Shown piece by piece: positions 61,517 through 64,000 of a stretch of 64,000 nucleotides of DNA (within the stretch, counting starts at the first letter, position 1; each line of letters opens with the position of its first letter). The DNA is from Nitrospirota bacterium (GTDB lineage: Bacteria; Nitrospirota; UBA9217), in assembly GCA_963737155.1 (NCBI GenBank), contig CAVTRN010000002.1, positions 1,728,001-1,792,000 of the forward strand, read 5' to 3'. The notes under the pieces were generated by a model. That model was not told where the DNA came from and did no database searches. It was given only the letters and a program-made list of their open reading frames with translations. The position numbers were made by a program, and so were the translations under genes.

Positions 61517-61551
61517 CCTCTACTTTGTCTTGTCGTTTGAAAGGGAACTTC

Positions 61552-63033
61552 ATGGACGATTACAACGAATTGATCCAGCAACGGTTTAAAAAACTGGCTG
61601 AGATTAACGCGAGCGGCGTAAAGACCTATGCCGGCAAATTCACGGTTAACGCTGCTGCACAGGACTTGCAGGACAAATACGGCCAAACCAGCAAAGAAGA
61701 CCTTGAAAAGGAACGAATTGAAGTGACGGTTGCGGGACGGCTTGTTGCCATGCGCAGTTTCGGCAAAGCATGCTTCAGCCACATTCAGGATGGCTCCGGC
61801 AGGCTCCAGCTCTATTTCCAGAAGAATACGTTGGGTGATGACCGATACGGATTGTTTAAGAAGCTTGACATTGGCGATTTTATCGGAGTGAGGGGCTTTC
61901 TTTTCCGTACCAAAACCAATGAACTTACGGTCGAGGTTGAAGAGTTCTCACTCCTTTCCAAATCGCTGCGCCCCTTACCGGAAAAGTGGCATGGCCTCAC
62001 CGACGTTGAACTCCGCTACCGTCAGCGGTATGTGGATCTTATCGTCAACCCGGATGTGAAAAAGGTCTTCATCCTGCGCACAAGGATCATCCAGGCGATC
62101 CGCTTGTTCCTAAACTCCCGGGGATATCTCGAAGTGGAGACGCCAATGATGCAGCCTATACCTGGAGGCGCTACGGCCCGGCCGTTCAAGACGTTTCATA
62201 ATGCGCTCGGGATGGATCTTTTCCTGCGTATCGCGCCGGAATTATATCTCAAACGATTGCTGGTCGGCGGCTTCGAGCGCGTCTATGAAATCAACCGAAA
62301 CTTCAGGAACGAGGGGATATCGACGAAGCACAATCCGGAATTCACTATGCTCGAGTTCTACACGGCCTATGCCGATTACCGGGAGCTTATCGATATGACG
62401 GAAACGATGATCAGCACCGTGGCCCAGGACGTGCTCGGGACGACCGAAGTGGAGTATGAGGGCCAAAAGATCAATCTATCGCCGCCGTGGAAGCGGATGA
62501 CCTACCTGGACTCGCTGCGGGAAGCAGGCGTTCCGTCGGAGGTTTTTGAACATGAAAATAAGGCGCGGGAGTACGCGAACAAGCTCGGTGCAGGCCTCAA
62601 AGGCGGAGAGCCCATGGGCAAAGTCCTCAACGAGATATTCGAAGCCATCGTGGAACCGAAGCTTATTCAGCCGACTTTCATCATTGATTATCCCACGGAC
62701 ATATCCCCCCTTTCAAAAAAGTGCGACGACAATCCCGATTATGTCGAGCGGTTCGAACTTTTCGTTCTCGGCAGAGAATTGGCAAATGCTTTCTCGGAGT
62801 TGATCGATCCCCTGGATCAGAAGGAGCGATTCCTGAAACAGGTTTCAGAACGCGAGGCTGGAGACGAGGAAGCCCACCAGATGGACGAGGATTTCATCCG
62901 CGCACTCGAATACGGCATGCCGCCGGCCGCAGGCGAAGGCATCGGCATAGATCGACTCGTCATGCTTCTGACAGGTTCGAATTCCATCAGGGATGTTATC
63001 TTGTTCCCACAGATGAAGAAGGAAAAAATGTAG
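61552..63033 (+). CDS. lysS: Lysine--tRNA ligase (class II)
   Basis: LRPLPEKWHGL, YRQRYVDL, LRIAPELYLKRL, FRNEG, HNPEFT, GIGIDRL. Confidence 0.97.
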   Translation: MDDYNELIQQRFKKLAEINASGVKTYAGKFTVNAAAQDLQDKYGQTSKEDLEKERIEVTVAGRLVAMRSFGKACFSHIQDGSGRLQLYFQKNTLGDDRYGLFKKLDIGDFIGVRGFLFRTKTNELTVEVEEFSLLSKSLRPLPEKWHGLTDVELRYRQRYVDLIVNPDVKKVFILRTRIIQAIRLFLNSRGYLEVETPMMQPIPGGATARPFKTFHNALGMDLFLRIAPELYLKRLLVGGFERVYEINRNFRNEGISTKHNPEFTMLEFYTAYADYRELIDMTETMISTVAQDVLGTTEVEYEGQKINLSPPWKRMTYLDSLREAGVPSEVFEHENKAREYANKLGAGLKGGEPMGKVLNEIFEAIVEPKLIQPTFIIDYPTDISPLSKKCDDNPDYVERFELFVLGRELANAFSELIDPLDQKERFLKQVSEREAGDEEAHQMDEDFIRALEYGMPPAAGEGIGIDRLVMLLTGSNSIRDVILFPQMKKEKM

Positions 63034-63110
63034 TACTGTCCCGGGTTTCTGGCATCATGTTCCTGTCATTGCTGGATAAAAAGAGGTTTGAGATTCTAAC
63101 TCAATAGGTA

Positions 63111-64000
63111 ATGAAAACTCCCTATGAAATATTCATCAGTCTCCGATATCTGAAGACGAAAAAACGTTACGGCACCATATCTCTCAACACGTTTATTTCA
63201 ATAGCCGGGGTTGTAATTGGCGTCGCTACCTCCATCATCACGCTGGCTGTCATGACGGGCTTTCAGGATTACTTTCGGGATAGGATTCTTTCCGCCCTGC
63301 CCCATATCGTTGTCATGGAATTCAGTGGCAACGGCGTGAAGGATGGCAAAGCACTGGAAGAAAAAATCGACAAGGTTCCGCATGTGACGGCTACGACGCC
63401 ATTTATATATGGTCAATCCATGGTTGCCACCAAAGAACGCATGCAGGGCGTCGTAGTGCGCGGCATCGACCCAGCGACTGAACCCCACGTGACGGACCTC
63501 GCCAAGAATATGACAGAGGGGACGTTGCAAGACCTTGATCAGGCGGGTCAGAAGCTACCAGGTATCATTATCGGTGTGGATCTGGCTCTCAAATTAGGAG
63601 TGTCGGTCGGCGACACCATCACCATGGTAAATCCCTTGGGCGAAGAGACTGCACTCGGGATGGTCCCCAAAATGAAAAAATTCGCAGTCACCGGACTGTT
63701 CGACGCTGGTATGTACGATTACAATACAGGGTTCGTGTACATTTCACTTCCGGATGCGCAGAAATTTTTTGATATGCCAGGACGGGTGAGCGGAGTCCAG
63801 GTGAAGGTTGACCGGATCTATGACGCGGGCCAGATTTCGTCTGCGATTCAGACAGCCGTCGGTTACCCGTTCTACACCCGTAACTGGATGGAAATGAACA
63901 AAAATTTTTTTTCCGCGCTCCTGCTGGAAAAGATCGGAATGTCGCTCATTCTGGTAGTCATCATCACTGTAGCATCGTTTAATATCATCGGCACCCTCAC
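63111..64000 (+). CDS. Lipoprotein-releasing ABC transporter permease LolC/E (runs off the window edge)
   Basis: Manual translation MKTPYEIFISLRYLK..ISIAGVVIGVA..LAVMTGF..VVRGIDP..GMYDY..NWMEMN..VASFNII. Confidence 0.9.
   Translation, partial: MKTPYEIFISLRYLKTKKRYGTISLNTFISIAGVVIGVATSIITLAVMTGFQDYFRDRILSALPHIVVMEFSGNGVKDGKALEEKIDKVPHVTATTPFIYGQSMVATKERMQGVVVRGIDPATEPHVTDLAKNMTEGTLQDLDQAGQKLPGIIIGVDLALKLGVSVGDTITMVNPLGEETALGMVPKMKKFAVTGLFDAGMYDYNTGFVYISLPDAQKFFDMPGRVSGVQVKVDRIYDAGQISSAIQTAVGYPFYTRNWMEMNKNFFSALLLEKIGMSLILVVIITVASFNIIGTL

Overview
Bacterial chromosome segment whose gene content (pilB-pilT-pilC-pilS-pilR after aroE, menaquinone-type UbiD, ComFB) resembles Nitrospirota/Desulfobacterota (inference, not tested). 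Two housekeeping blocks, about 1-13.3 kb (mltD, queE, NFACT/RqcH, mazG, glnD, polA, comFB) and about 44.3-64 kb (lpxD, pgsA, DUF512, aroE, pilBTCSR, ubiD-family, CNNM, purC, lysS, lolC/E), flank a roughly 30 kb accessory region that starts at tRNA-Thr(CGT). This region has no integrase but carries at least four progressively decayed copies of the tRNA 3' end, several followed by IHF-like sites. It also holds three RelE-superfamily toxin-antitoxin pairs whose toxins all look damaged, a frameshifted TnpB element, a 3.3 kb ISL3 element with passenger genes and a perfect 8-bp target duplication, a TetR-RND efflux operon, and many gene remnants. The most striking unexplained signals are a ~295-nt, extensively base-paired ncRNA candidate with its own promoter and terminator (42521-42815) and a second ~160-nt structured RNA candidate in front of lysS (61357-61516). 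All family assignments come from motif recognition by eye; no database searches or folding programs were run.
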